From an uncultured Chloroflexia bacterium (lineage in GTDB: Bacteria; Chloroflexota; Limnocylindria; Limnocylindrales; CSP1-4), in the NCBI GenBank assembly GCA_963821235.1, contig CAWGCS010000001.1, forward strand, positions 46,804-110,803: 64,000 nucleotides of DNA, in the 5' to 3' direction. Below are positions 1 to 7,327 of the stretch, piece by piece. The notes under the pieces were generated by a model. It did no database searches, was not told where the DNA came from, and saw only the letters and a program-made list of their open reading frames with translations. A program made the position numbers and the translations under genes. Every line of letters begins with the position of its first letter. The first letter of the stretch is position 1.

Positions 1-88
1 CCACGGCCACGACCTGTCCGGCGTGGTCGAAGACCATGAAGCGGGTGCTCGTGGTCCCCTGGTCGAGGGCCCCCACGTACTTCGTCAT
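1..88 (-). CDS. glpK: glycerol kinase, 5' end only (gene continues beyond window start)
   Basis: The reverse complement of 1..88 translates to [29 protein letters not shown], the conserved GlpK N-terminus (sugar kinase DQGTTS phosphate-1 motif). The ATG at 88..86 is preceded by GGGAGA 5 nt upstream. Confidence 0.75.
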   Translation of the reverse strand, partial: MTKYVGALDQGTTSTRFMVFDHAGQVVAV

Positions 89-127
89 GTGCGTCTCCCG
101 ATAAACGGTTGACCCCGATATGCCGGG

Positions 128-760
128 CTAGAGCCCGGCCCAGACCTCTGCGGCAGCCCGCAGCAGGAGATGGGTGGATGTCGCCCCGGGATCCTGGTGC
201 CCGGCCGACCGCTCGCCGAGGTAGCTCGCCCGGCCCTTGCGGGCCACGAGCGGCACCGTGGCGAGCATGCCCTCCTGCGCCCCGTCGGCCATCCGTGCCA
301 CGGCGCTGCCGATGGTGGCTCCATCGGTCATCGCGGCCCGAAGGGCATCGCGGGCGGGCAAGAGGGCGTCGACCATGGTCTTGTCGCCGGGCTCGGCCTT
401 CCCGATCCGGAGGACGCCGCCCAGGCCCGTCTCGAAGGCCATGGCGAACTCCTCCAGGGTGAGTGCCTCCTTCCCGATGACGGCACCGCCCATCTGCATG
501 AAGAACATCCCGTAGAGCGGGCCGCTGGCCCCCCCGACTGTCGAGACGAGGGTCGTGCCGACGGTCTTGAGGGCCGTCCCGACGTCCATGGCGGCAAGGC
601 TGTCGAGCTTGCCGACCACGGCCGTGAAGCCGCGGTCCATGTTGATCCCGTGATCGGCATCGCCGATCGCCGAATCGAGGTCGGTGAGGTAGGCCTTGTT
701 GGCCGCCACGTCGGCGGCGAATCGGCGCACCCAGGCGAGGACGTCGTCCTTCGAGATCAT
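128..760 (-). CDS. dhaL: dihydroxyacetone kinase ADP-binding subunit DhaL (Dak2 domain)
   Basis: 210 aa with Dak2 motifs GDADHGINMDRGF, GGASGPLYG, GDKTMVDAL and KGRASYLGERS-GH-DPGA. ATG at 760 with GGAG about 7 nt upstream. Lies 52 bp downstream of dhaK. Confidence 0.85.
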   Translation of the reverse strand: MISKDDVLAWVRRFAADVAANKAYLTDLDSAIGDADHGINMDRGFTAVVGKLDSLAAMDVGTALKTVGTTLVSTVGGASGPLYGMFFMQMGGAVIGKEALTLEEFAMAFETGLGGVLRIGKAEPGDKTMVDALLPARDALRAAMTDGATIGSAVARMADGAQEGMLATVPLVARKGRASYLGERSAGHQDPGATSTHLLLRAAAEVWAGL

Positions 761-812
761 TCGCGGCTCCGTTCCCGCTCCAGGGATGCTGACGTGAGGT
801 TGACGGACCGGC

Positions 813-1811
813 TCAGAGGCCCCAGCGGAGGCCCGGCGTCAGGACCGGAGCGTCCCAGTACTTCGTCAGCTCGTCGTCGAGGCGAAGCAGCGTGATCGAG
901 CAACCCGCCATCTCGAGCGAGGTGATGTAGTTGCCGACGAGGTTGCGGGTGATCGTGATCCCGCGCGCGTCGAGGATCTTCTTCAGCTCCGCGAAGATGA
1001 CGTAGAGCTCGATGAGCGGCGTGCCGCCCATCCCGTTCACGAAGGCGAGGACGCGGTCTCCGGAGGCGAACGGGAGGTCGTCGAGGATGGGCGTGGCGAG
1101 CATCTTGGTGATCTCGGCCGCGGAGGCGATCTTCATCCGCGTCCGGCCCGGCTCGCCGTGGATCCCGATGCCGATCTCCATCTCGTCGTCGCCGAGCTCG
1201 AACGTCGGCTTGCCGGCGGCCGGGACCGTGCAGCTCGTGAGGGCCATGCCCATCGAGCGGACGTTGTCCTGGACCTTCTGGCAGAGCGCCGTGACCGTCG
1301 CGAGGTTGGCGCCCGCCTCTGCGGCGGCACCGACGATCTTCTCGGCGAGGACAGTCCCGCCGACGCCGCGGCGACCCGCGGTGTAGAGCGAGTCCTTGAC
1401 GGCGACGTCGTCCGCGATGACGACGCTGGTGACCTCGATCCCCTCGGCCCGGGCCATCTCGGCCGCGAGCTCGAAGTTCATGATGTCGCCCGTGTAGTTC
1501 TTCACGATGTGGAGGACGCCGGCGCCGCCGTCGACCGCCTTGGTCGCGGCGAGCATCTGATCCGGGACCGGCGAGGTGAAGACCGCGCCAGGGCAGGCCG
1601 CATCGAGCATGCCACGCCCGACGAAGCCGCCGTGCATCGGCTCGTGCCCGCTGCCGCCGCCGGAGATGACGCCGACCTTGCCGGCCTTGGGGGCGTCCGC
1701 GCGCACGACCACGTTGGGCGCGATGACGCGGACGAGATCCGCATGCGCCGCGGCCACGCCGGCGAGGGCGTCGTCGACGACGGTGTCGGGGGCGTTGATG
1801 AGCTTCTTCAT
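813..1811 (-). CDS. dhaK: dihydroxyacetone kinase subunit DhaK
   Basis: 332 aa with Dak1 motifs [18 protein letters not shown] and IVKNYTGD. Strong SD AGGAGGAA ahead of the ATG at 1811. Confidence 0.9.
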   Translation of the reverse strand: MKKLINAPDTVVDDALAGVAAAHADLVRVIAPNVVVRADAPKAGKVGVISGGGSGHEPMHGGFVGRGMLDAACPGAVFTSPVPDQMLAATKAVDGGAGVLHIVKNYTGDIMNFELAAEMARAEGIEVTSVVIADDVAVKDSLYTAGRRGVGGTVLAEKIVGAAAEAGANLATVTALCQKVQDNVRSMGMALTSCTVPAAGKPTFELGDDEMEIGIGIHGEPGRTRMKIASAAEITKMLATPILDDLPFASGDRVLAFVNGMGGTPLIELYVIFAELKKILDARGITITRNLVGNYITSLEMAGCSITLLRLDDELTKYWDAPVLTPGLRWGL

Positions 1812-1864
1812 CCGTTCCTCCTGCTACGTGATGCCGGGTGCTCGGGAACGTGCCATGGACGGGT

Positions 1865-1901
1865 GCGCGCCGGCGGCGAGGCCGTGAGGCCGCCGGCGCG
1901 C
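1865..1901 (-). terminator. GC-rich stem-loop between glpF and dhaK (13-bp perfect stem GCGCGCCGGCGGC / GCCGCCGGCGCGC, 11-nt loop)
   Basis: Read directly in the sequence. Located in the 109-bp glpF-dhaK intercistronic gap. No T-tract. Possible attenuator, processing site or intrinsic terminator. Confidence 0.4.
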
Positions 1902-1920
1902 GGGAGTTGCGGGCGCGAGG

Positions 1921-2679
1921 CTACGAGATGACCTTGGCGACGAAGTTGGTGATCCCGTAGTTGAAGGCGATCCAGCCGAGGGCGCCGCCGATGAGCGGAC
2001 CGACGACGGGGATCCAGGAATAGCCCCAATCCGAGCCGCCCTTGCCCGGGATGGGCAGGATGGCGTGCATGATCCGCGGCCCCAGGTCGCGGGCGGGGTT
2101 GATCGCGTACCCGGTCGTCGGGCCGAGGGCGAGGCCGATCACCAGGACGAGGAGGGCCCACGCGAGCGCGCCACCGATGGCCGGCGATGCGCCACCGGCG
2201 AGGCTGAACCCGATGAAGACCAGGGCGAACGTGCCGATGATCTCCGAGATGAGGTTCCAGGTCGTGTTGCGGATGGCCGGCGCGGTCGAGAAGACCGCCA
2301 GCTTGAGTCCCGGGTCCTCGGTCTCTGCCCAATGCGGGTAGTAGTGGAGGAAGACCAGGAACGCGCCGATCATGGCGCCCACCATCTGGCCGGCCCAGTA
2401 GACGATCAGCGAGTCGACGCCGAACGAGCCGTTGTTGACGGTGCTGTCCAGGAAGACCGCGAGCGTCACCGCCGGGTTGATGTGGGCCCCGGTGAACTGA
2501 CCGGCAACGGCGATGCCCGAGAACACCGCGAAGGCCCATGCCATGGTGATGACGATCCAGCCGCTCGCGTTCGCCTTCGTCTTGGCGAGCAGGACGCCAG
2601 CGACGACGCCATCGCCGAGGAGGATCAGGATCATCGTCCCGAGGACCTCCCCAAAGAACTTCTCACCCATGAATTCCAT
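1921..2679 (-). CDS. glpF: glycerol uptake facilitator (MIP/aquaglyceroporin)
   Basis: Two NPA boxes (HINPAVT, INPARD) and six predicted TM segments. The start is taken at MEFMGEKFF (2679), because the first 40 codons of the listed ORF 1921..2799 are non-membrane and Arg-rich. Confidence 0.85.
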   Translation of the reverse strand: MEFMGEKFFGEVLGTMILILLGDGVVAGVLLAKTKANASGWIVITMAWAFAVFSGIAVAGQFTGAHINPAVTLAVFLDSTVNNGSFGVDSLIVYWAGQMVGAMIGAFLVFLHYYPHWAETEDPGLKLAVFSTAPAIRNTTWNLISEIIGTFALVFIGFSLAGGASPAIGGALAWALLVLVIGLALGPTTGYAINPARDLGPRIMHAILPIPGKGGSDWGYSWIPVVGPLIGGALGWIAFNYGITNFVAKVIS

Positions 2680-2994
2680 GCTCTCTCCCTTTGGGTGTGG
2701 AAGCGCGCCATACGCGCGGAGGGCGACACGTCGTCGCCGATCGACTGAGGATCCGGCGAGCGAGCACCCGGTATGGGCTCGCCGGGCGGGGCACAGCACG
2801 ATCTGCCGGAGTGCGTCCCTCCCGTTCGTGTCGCGGCACGGCCCCGGGCCGCGCGACCGTCTGGGCGCGGTCGGCGCACAGTGCCCGCCGGCACCGTTGC
2901 AGGAAGGTTACGACCGGGCACGCCCCGGAATCGTCAAGACATTGTCCAGAATCGTGAGACGGCAATCGGGAGGGCGCCCCGGCGCGTTGCGGCC

Positions 2995-3654
2995 TCAGCC
3001 CGCGACGGTGGCGTCGGCCAGGGCGCGGAGGAGGATGGCGGCCGACGCCGCCCCGGGATCGAGGTGGCCGATCGATCGCTCCCCCAGGTAGCTGGCCCGG
3101 CCCTTGGTCGCCAGAAGGGGCACCGTCCCCTCCGCGCCGGCCTCGGCGGCCGCCGCCGCATGCCAGACGGCCGTGGCCAGGCTGGCCCCCTCCCCGACCG
3201 TCGCCGCGCACGCGTCGCGGGCCGGGACGAGGGCGTCGAGCATCGTCTTCTCGCCGGGCGCGGCCCGGCCCAGGGCCCCGATCGCGTCGACGGCCGCCGA
3301 GAGCGCGGCCGAGGCGCGCGCCTCGCGGGTGGCCGCCGGGCCGGACGCCTCCGCCGCGTCCAGCGCCGCCAGCGAGGCGCCGGCACGCTGGAACCCCCGG
3401 CCGTAGAGGGCGCCGCTCGCCCCGCCGACGGTCCCCATCAGGACGCGACCGGCGGCCTCCATGACCGCGGCGGACGGGCCGTCCGGGAGCTCGCCCGCGT
3501 CGATGCGCCGGGCCAGCTCGCGGAAGCCGCGGTCGAGGTTGATCCCGTGGTCGCCGTCGCCGATGGCGGCGTCGAGGTCGGTGAGCCGCTCGCGCGCCTC
3601 GGCGACGCGTACCGCCGCCAGCCGCAGCCAGCGGACGAGGAGGTCGTCCGTCAC
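2995..3654 (-). CDS. dhaL: second Dak2/DhaL-family paralog
   Basis: The C-terminal 219 aa of listed ORF 2995..4890 carry GDGDHGINLDRGF, GGASGALYG, GEKTMLDAL and KGRASYLGERS-GH-DPGA. GTG start at 3654 overlaps the dhaM stop (GTGA). The upstream 410 aa of the listed ORF are Arg/Gly-rich artefact. Confidence 0.8.
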   Translation of the reverse strand: MTDDLLVRWLRLAAVRVAEARERLTDLDAAIGDGDHGINLDRGFRELARRIDAGELPDGPSAAVMEAAGRVLMGTVGGASGALYGRGFQRAGASLAALDAAEASGPAATREARASAALSAAVDAIGALGRAAPGEKTMLDALVPARDACAATVGEGASLATAVWHAAAAAEAGAEGTVPLLATKGRASYLGERSIGHLDPGAASAAILLRALADATVAG

Positions 3655-4079
3655 GAGCCGGCCCCGGCCGGCCAGTCGGGGGGGAGCTTCTCCGTGTCGC
3701 GCTCCGCGTCGGCGACGGCGAGGACGCGCTCGAGGGACGACCCGCCCGCAGCCTCCACCGCGGCCCGCACCGCTCCCTCGACGAGGGGCCCGCGACTCAC
3801 CCGGATGCGGGCCCGGTCGGCCGGCCGCAGCTCCTCGAGGGCGATCTCGAGGGCGAGGGCCGCGCTCCCGAGGTCGAAGAGGACGACCACACCCTCGCCC
3901 CCGGAGGCCGCCAGCCCTGCCCGCAGGGCGCCGAGGATCGTCGGGCTGCTCGTCCCCAGGTTGCCGACCGCGGTCCCCCCGGCGGTTGCCACCGGCACGG
4001 TCGGAGAGCTCTGGGCGACCATCGCCCGGAGGGCCCGGAGCAGCTCCGGGCTGTGGCCCACCAGCACCAGCGCGATCAT
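3651..4079 (-). CDS. dhaM: DhaM-like PTS EIIA(Man)-family phosphotransfer subunit of dihydroxyacetone kinase
   Basis: The C-terminal 143 aa of ORF 3651..4439 (MIALVLVGHSPELLRALRAMV...VVLFDLGSA) match a single-domain EIIA-Man DhaM as found in Gram-positives. Its stop overlaps the dhaL2 start. Confidence 0.7.
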   Translation of the reverse strand: MIALVLVGHSPELLRALRAMVAQSSPTVPVATAGGTAVGNLGTSSPTILGALRAGLAASGGEGVVVLFDLGSAALALEIALEELRPADRARIRVSRGPLVEGAVRAAVEAAGGSSLERVLAVADAERDTEKLPPDWPAGAGS

Positions 4080-4158
4080 CGCGACCAGGCTCCCGTCCGA
4101 CGGCAGTCGGGCGACGGCGTCGCACGGCGTCGCCGGCCGCCGTAGACTCAGGCGGCCC

Positions 4159-4872
4159 ATGAAGAGGATAGGGTCCCCGGCACTCCCTCCGCAGGCCGGT
4201 CCCGCCCCGGCCGCGCACGATGCGCTGGCCGCGCACGACGTGGTCCGTTTCGTCGAGCGCGCCGCTGCCACGCTGGTGCGCCACGAGGCGCTCCTCGACC
4301 GCCTCGATGCCGCCCTCGGCGACGGAGACCACGGCTCGAACATGGCCATCGGGTTCGCGGTCGCCGTGCCCGCCGCTCGGGCCGCGCTCATCGAGCATCC
4401 CAACGACGTCGGCGAGCTGCTCCGGATGCTCGGGCACACCCTGGTGGCGAGCGTGGGGGGGGCGAGCGGCCCGCTCTACGGGACTGCCTTCATCGAAGCG
4501 GGCTTCGCCCTGGCGGGGACACCGACGGCCGGGCCACGCGAGCTTGCGGCCGCGCTCGAGGCGGGCCGGGCCGGGCTCGCCCGCCGGGGTCGCTGCGCCG
4601 TCGGCGACAAGACGATCCTCGATGCGCTCGACCCGGCGATCCGGGCGCTCCGGACCTCGGCCGACGCCGGGGCGCCATTCGAGACGTGCATCGCAGCTGC
4701 CGTCGGCGGGGCCCGGGACGGCATGCGCGCCACCATCCCCCTCGTGGCGCGCCGCGGCCTGGCCCTGCGCCTGGGCGAGCGCTCGCGCGGCCATCGCGAC
4801 CCAGGAGCCACGTCCTGCTTCCTGCTCCTCGGGTCGATGGCCCGGGTCGTCCGCCACGGCGTGCCCGCATGA
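4159..4872 (+). CDS. third Dak2/DhaL-family protein, translationally coupled to the histidine kinase
   Basis: The C-terminal 238 aa of ORF 2773..4872 carry LDAALGDGDHGSNMAIGF, GGASGPLYG, GDKTILDALDP and LGERSRGHRDPGATS. The ATG at 4159 is the first in-frame start not overlapping dhaM, so the N-terminus is uncertain. The stop TGA overlaps the ATG of the kinase (ATGA). Confidence 0.7.
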   Translation: MKRIGSPALPPQAGPAPAAHDALAAHDVVRFVERAAATLVRHEALLDRLDAALGDGDHGSNMAIGFAVAVPAARAALIEHPNDVGELLRMLGHTLVASVGGASGPLYGTAFIEAGFALAGTPTAGPRELAAALEAGRAGLARRGRCAVGDKTILDALDPAIRALRTSADAGAPFETCIAAAVGGARDGMRATIPLVARRGLALRLGERSRGHRDPGATSCFLLLGSMARVVRHGVPA

Positions 4873-6587
4873 CGGGCGCGTCGCGCCCAACCGTCCCGGC
4901 CGGGACGGTGGCCGCCACCCAGGGCATGGCCGCCCGGGACCTGGCCGCCCTGGAGGCCCGCATCGGCGAGCTGGAGGAGGAGCGGCGACGGATCTTCGAG
5001 GACGCCCAGCGGGAAGCCGACGCGGTCTTCGCCCAGTACCAGCTCAGCCAGCTCCTGGCCGCGGGCGGGAGCGTCCAGGAGATCGCGGCCGCAGTGCTGG
5101 CGGAGGTGGCGCGGGCCGTCGGCGCCGCGACCGCCGCCCTCTGGCTCGCCCGGCCGGCGGTCGCGACCCTCGAGCTGGTGGCGTCCGTCCCTGACGGCCC
5201 CGAAGCAGCCGCCCTCGGCGTCCCGGACGCCCCACCACGGGCGTTCGCCGATCTCGAGGACGCCCGGGCCTGGGCAGCAGCCCGATCCTGGAGCGGCAAC
5301 GTCCTCCCTGAAGGCCGCTCGATGGTCGGGGGCGGCGAGGTCGCCCGCGACGCGGGCGCCGTCGGCTACCTCGCCGTGCGGGCCGCCCCGGGGGACCAGC
5401 TGGAGCCGGCTCACGCCCGCTACCTGGCCGGCGTCCGCCTGGAGCTGGCGGTCACCCTCCGCGCGGCCCAGCTCCGGGCATCCCTGGCCCGCGAGCAGGC
5501 GACGCTGGCAGCGATCCTCGAGGGGGCGACCGACGCCATCGTGGCCGTCGACGTGAACCGCCGGATCGTGCGCCTCAACGCCGCCGCCGCCTCGCTCGTC
5601 GGCATGTCCGCCGTCGTCGGGTCGGGGATGCACTGCTCCGAGCTGCTCGGCTGCGGCCGCCGGCCCCCGTACGGGTCGCGCCCCCTCGAGCGGCTCTGCG
5701 GCGCCCGCTGCCCGTTCCTCGACGTGCTGGAGTCAGGCCGCCCGATCGTCGCCCGCGAGATCGCCGTCCACCACCGCGACGGGACGGAGATCCCGGTGGC
5801 CGCCAGCGTCTCGCGGATGCCCACCCCCGACGGCGGCGCGGTGGCGGTCCTCCGCGACCTGCGCGCGTCGCGCTCCCTCGACGACGCGAAGACGAGCTTC
5901 GTGGCCGCCGTATCGCACGAGCTCCGGACGCCCCTCGCCCTCATCGACGGCTACTCGCAGAGCCTGCTCCACCTGGACCTCGACGCGGCCACCGCGCGGC
6001 GGCACGTCGAGCGGATCGCGGGCGCGGCGCAGCGCCTGGCGGCCCTGATCGACGACATCATCGACGTCAGCCAGGTCGAGAGCGACGCCCTCGTCCTGCG
6101 CCGGACCCCGGTGGCCGTCGACGGCCTCCTCCGCGCCTACCTCGCGGAGCGCGCCGAGGCGCCCGATGCGCGCGCCGTGTCGCTGACGCTCCCGCGGTCG
6201 CTGCCCCTCGTGGACGTCGACGCCACGCGGATCCGCCAGGTGATCGGCAACCTGGTCCAGAACGCCGAGAAGCATGCCGGGCGGTCGGCGACGATCCAGA
6301 TCCGCGCCCGCCGGCTGGACGAGGCGACGGTCGTCGTCACGGTCGCCGACGACGGGCGCGGCATCGCCCCCGAGGACCGCGACCACGCCTTCGAGCGCTT
6401 CTACCGCGGCCAGCGGGTCCGCGAGTCGCGCGTCCCCGGCAGCGGCCTCGGGCTCTACCTCTGCCGGCGCATCGTCGAGGCCCATGGCGGGTGGATCCGC
6501 CTCGACGCCACGACCCGGGGGACCTCGGTCTCTCTCGGCCTCCCGGTCGCCACGATGCGCTCCTCCGTCCGCGAGGTGCAGGCGTGA
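4869..6587 (+). CDS. cytoplasmic sensor histidine kinase (coiled-coil, GAF, PAS, HisKA, HATPase_c)
   Basis: Domains present: HisKA H-box SHELRTPL, N-box QVIGNLVQNAEKHAG, G1 box DDGRGI and G2 box GSGLGL. No TM segments. The PAS region holds a four-Cys cluster (HCSELLGCG...LCGARCP). Start taken at MTGASRP, overlapping the Dak2 gene stop. Confidence 0.85.
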   Translation: MTGASRPTVPAGTVAATQGMAARDLAALEARIGELEEERRRIFEDAQREADAVFAQYQLSQLLAAGGSVQEIAAAVLAEVARAVGAATAALWLARPAVATLELVASVPDGPEAAALGVPDAPPRAFADLEDARAWAAARSWSGNVLPEGRSMVGGGEVARDAGAVGYLAVRAAPGDQLEPAHARYLAGVRLELAVTLRAAQLRASLAREQATLAAILEGATDAIVAVDVNRRIVRLNAAAASLVGMSAVVGSGMHCSELLGCGRRPPYGSRPLERLCGARCPFLDVLESGRPIVAREIAVHHRDGTEIPVAASVSRMPTPDGGAVAVLRDLRASRSLDDAKTSFVAAVSHELRTPLALIDGYSQSLLHLDLDAATARRHVERIAGAAQRLAALIDDIIDVSQVESDALVLRRTPVAVDGLLRAYLAERAEAPDARAVSLTLPRSLPLVDVDATRIRQVIGNLVQNAEKHAGRSATIQIRARRLDEATVVVTVADDGRGIAPEDRDHAFERFYRGQRVRESRVPGSGLGLYLCRRIVEAHGGWIRLDATTRGTSVSLGLPVATMRSSVREVQA

Positions 6588-7327
6588 CCGCCACCTCGCC
6601 GCGGATGCCCGGCCCGATCGCGGGGAACGGCGAGCGGATCCTCGTCGTCGAGGACGAGCCCGCCTTCGCCGAGCTGATCGCCCTCTGGCTGGAGCGGCAC
6701 GGCTGGCAGGCGGAGATCGCGCCCGACGGCGCCCACGCCCTGCAGACGGTCGAGGCCCGGCCTCCCGACCTGATCGTGCTGGACCTCAGCCTGCCGCGGG
6801 TGGACGGCTGGCACGTCATCGAGCGGGTCCGGCAGAGCAGCCTCGTGCCGATCATCGTCGTCACCGCCCGGGGATCCGAGGCCGACAAGGTCCGTGGGCT
6901 GGCGATCGGCGCCGACGACTACGTCACCAAGCCGCTCAGCTTTCCCGAGCTGATCGCCCGTGTCGCCGCCGCCCTCCGGCGGGCCCGCGCGGCCGGGGGC
7001 GCGCCCAGCGAGGCAGCCACCATCGAGCACCCCGGGATCCGGATCGACGGGCGGAGCCACCGGGTCGAGGTCGACGAGCGGCCGCTCCACCTGACGCCCA
7101 CCGAGTACCGCCTCCTGCGCCACCTCGCGGAGCGCCCCGGCGTCCTGGTGCCCCACGCCGACCTCCTCGTGGCCGTCTGGGGGCCCGGCTACCGCGACGA
7201 CCACCACCTCCTGCGGGTGGCGATCCGCAACCTCCGGGCGAAGCTCGGGGCGGCGACGGGCGGACGGCGCTACATCGAGACGGAGTACGGCCTGGGCTAC
7301 CGCTTCTCCCCCGGCGACGGCAGCTGA
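6584..7327 (+). CDS. OmpR-family response regulator (REC + winged-helix)
   Basis: ILVVEDEP...LDLSLP with the phospho-acceptor Asp, ADDYVTKP, and a C-terminal wHTH (LTPTEYRLLRHLA...GYRF). The GTG at 6584 overlaps the kinase stop (GTGA); the alternative ATG at 6608 is equally possible. Confidence 0.85.
   Translation: MTATSPRMPGPIAGNGERILVVEDEPAFAELIALWLERHGWQAEIAPDGAHALQTVEARPPDLIVLDLSLPRVDGWHVIERVRQSSLVPIIVVTARGSEADKVRGLAIGADDYVTKPLSFPELIARVAAALRRARAAGGAPSEAATIEHPGIRIDGRSHRVEVDERPLHLTPTEYRLLRHLAERPGVLVPHADLLVAVWGPGYRDDHHLLRVAIRNLRAKLGAATGGRRYIETEYGLGYRFSPGDGS

Noticed and set aside
2773-4159. N-terminal 460 codons of the 699-codon plus-strand ORF
   Set aside because: This part overlaps dhaL2 and dhaM on the opposite strand and is Arg/Gly-rich. 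Only the C-terminal Dak2 domain, from about 4159, is credible.
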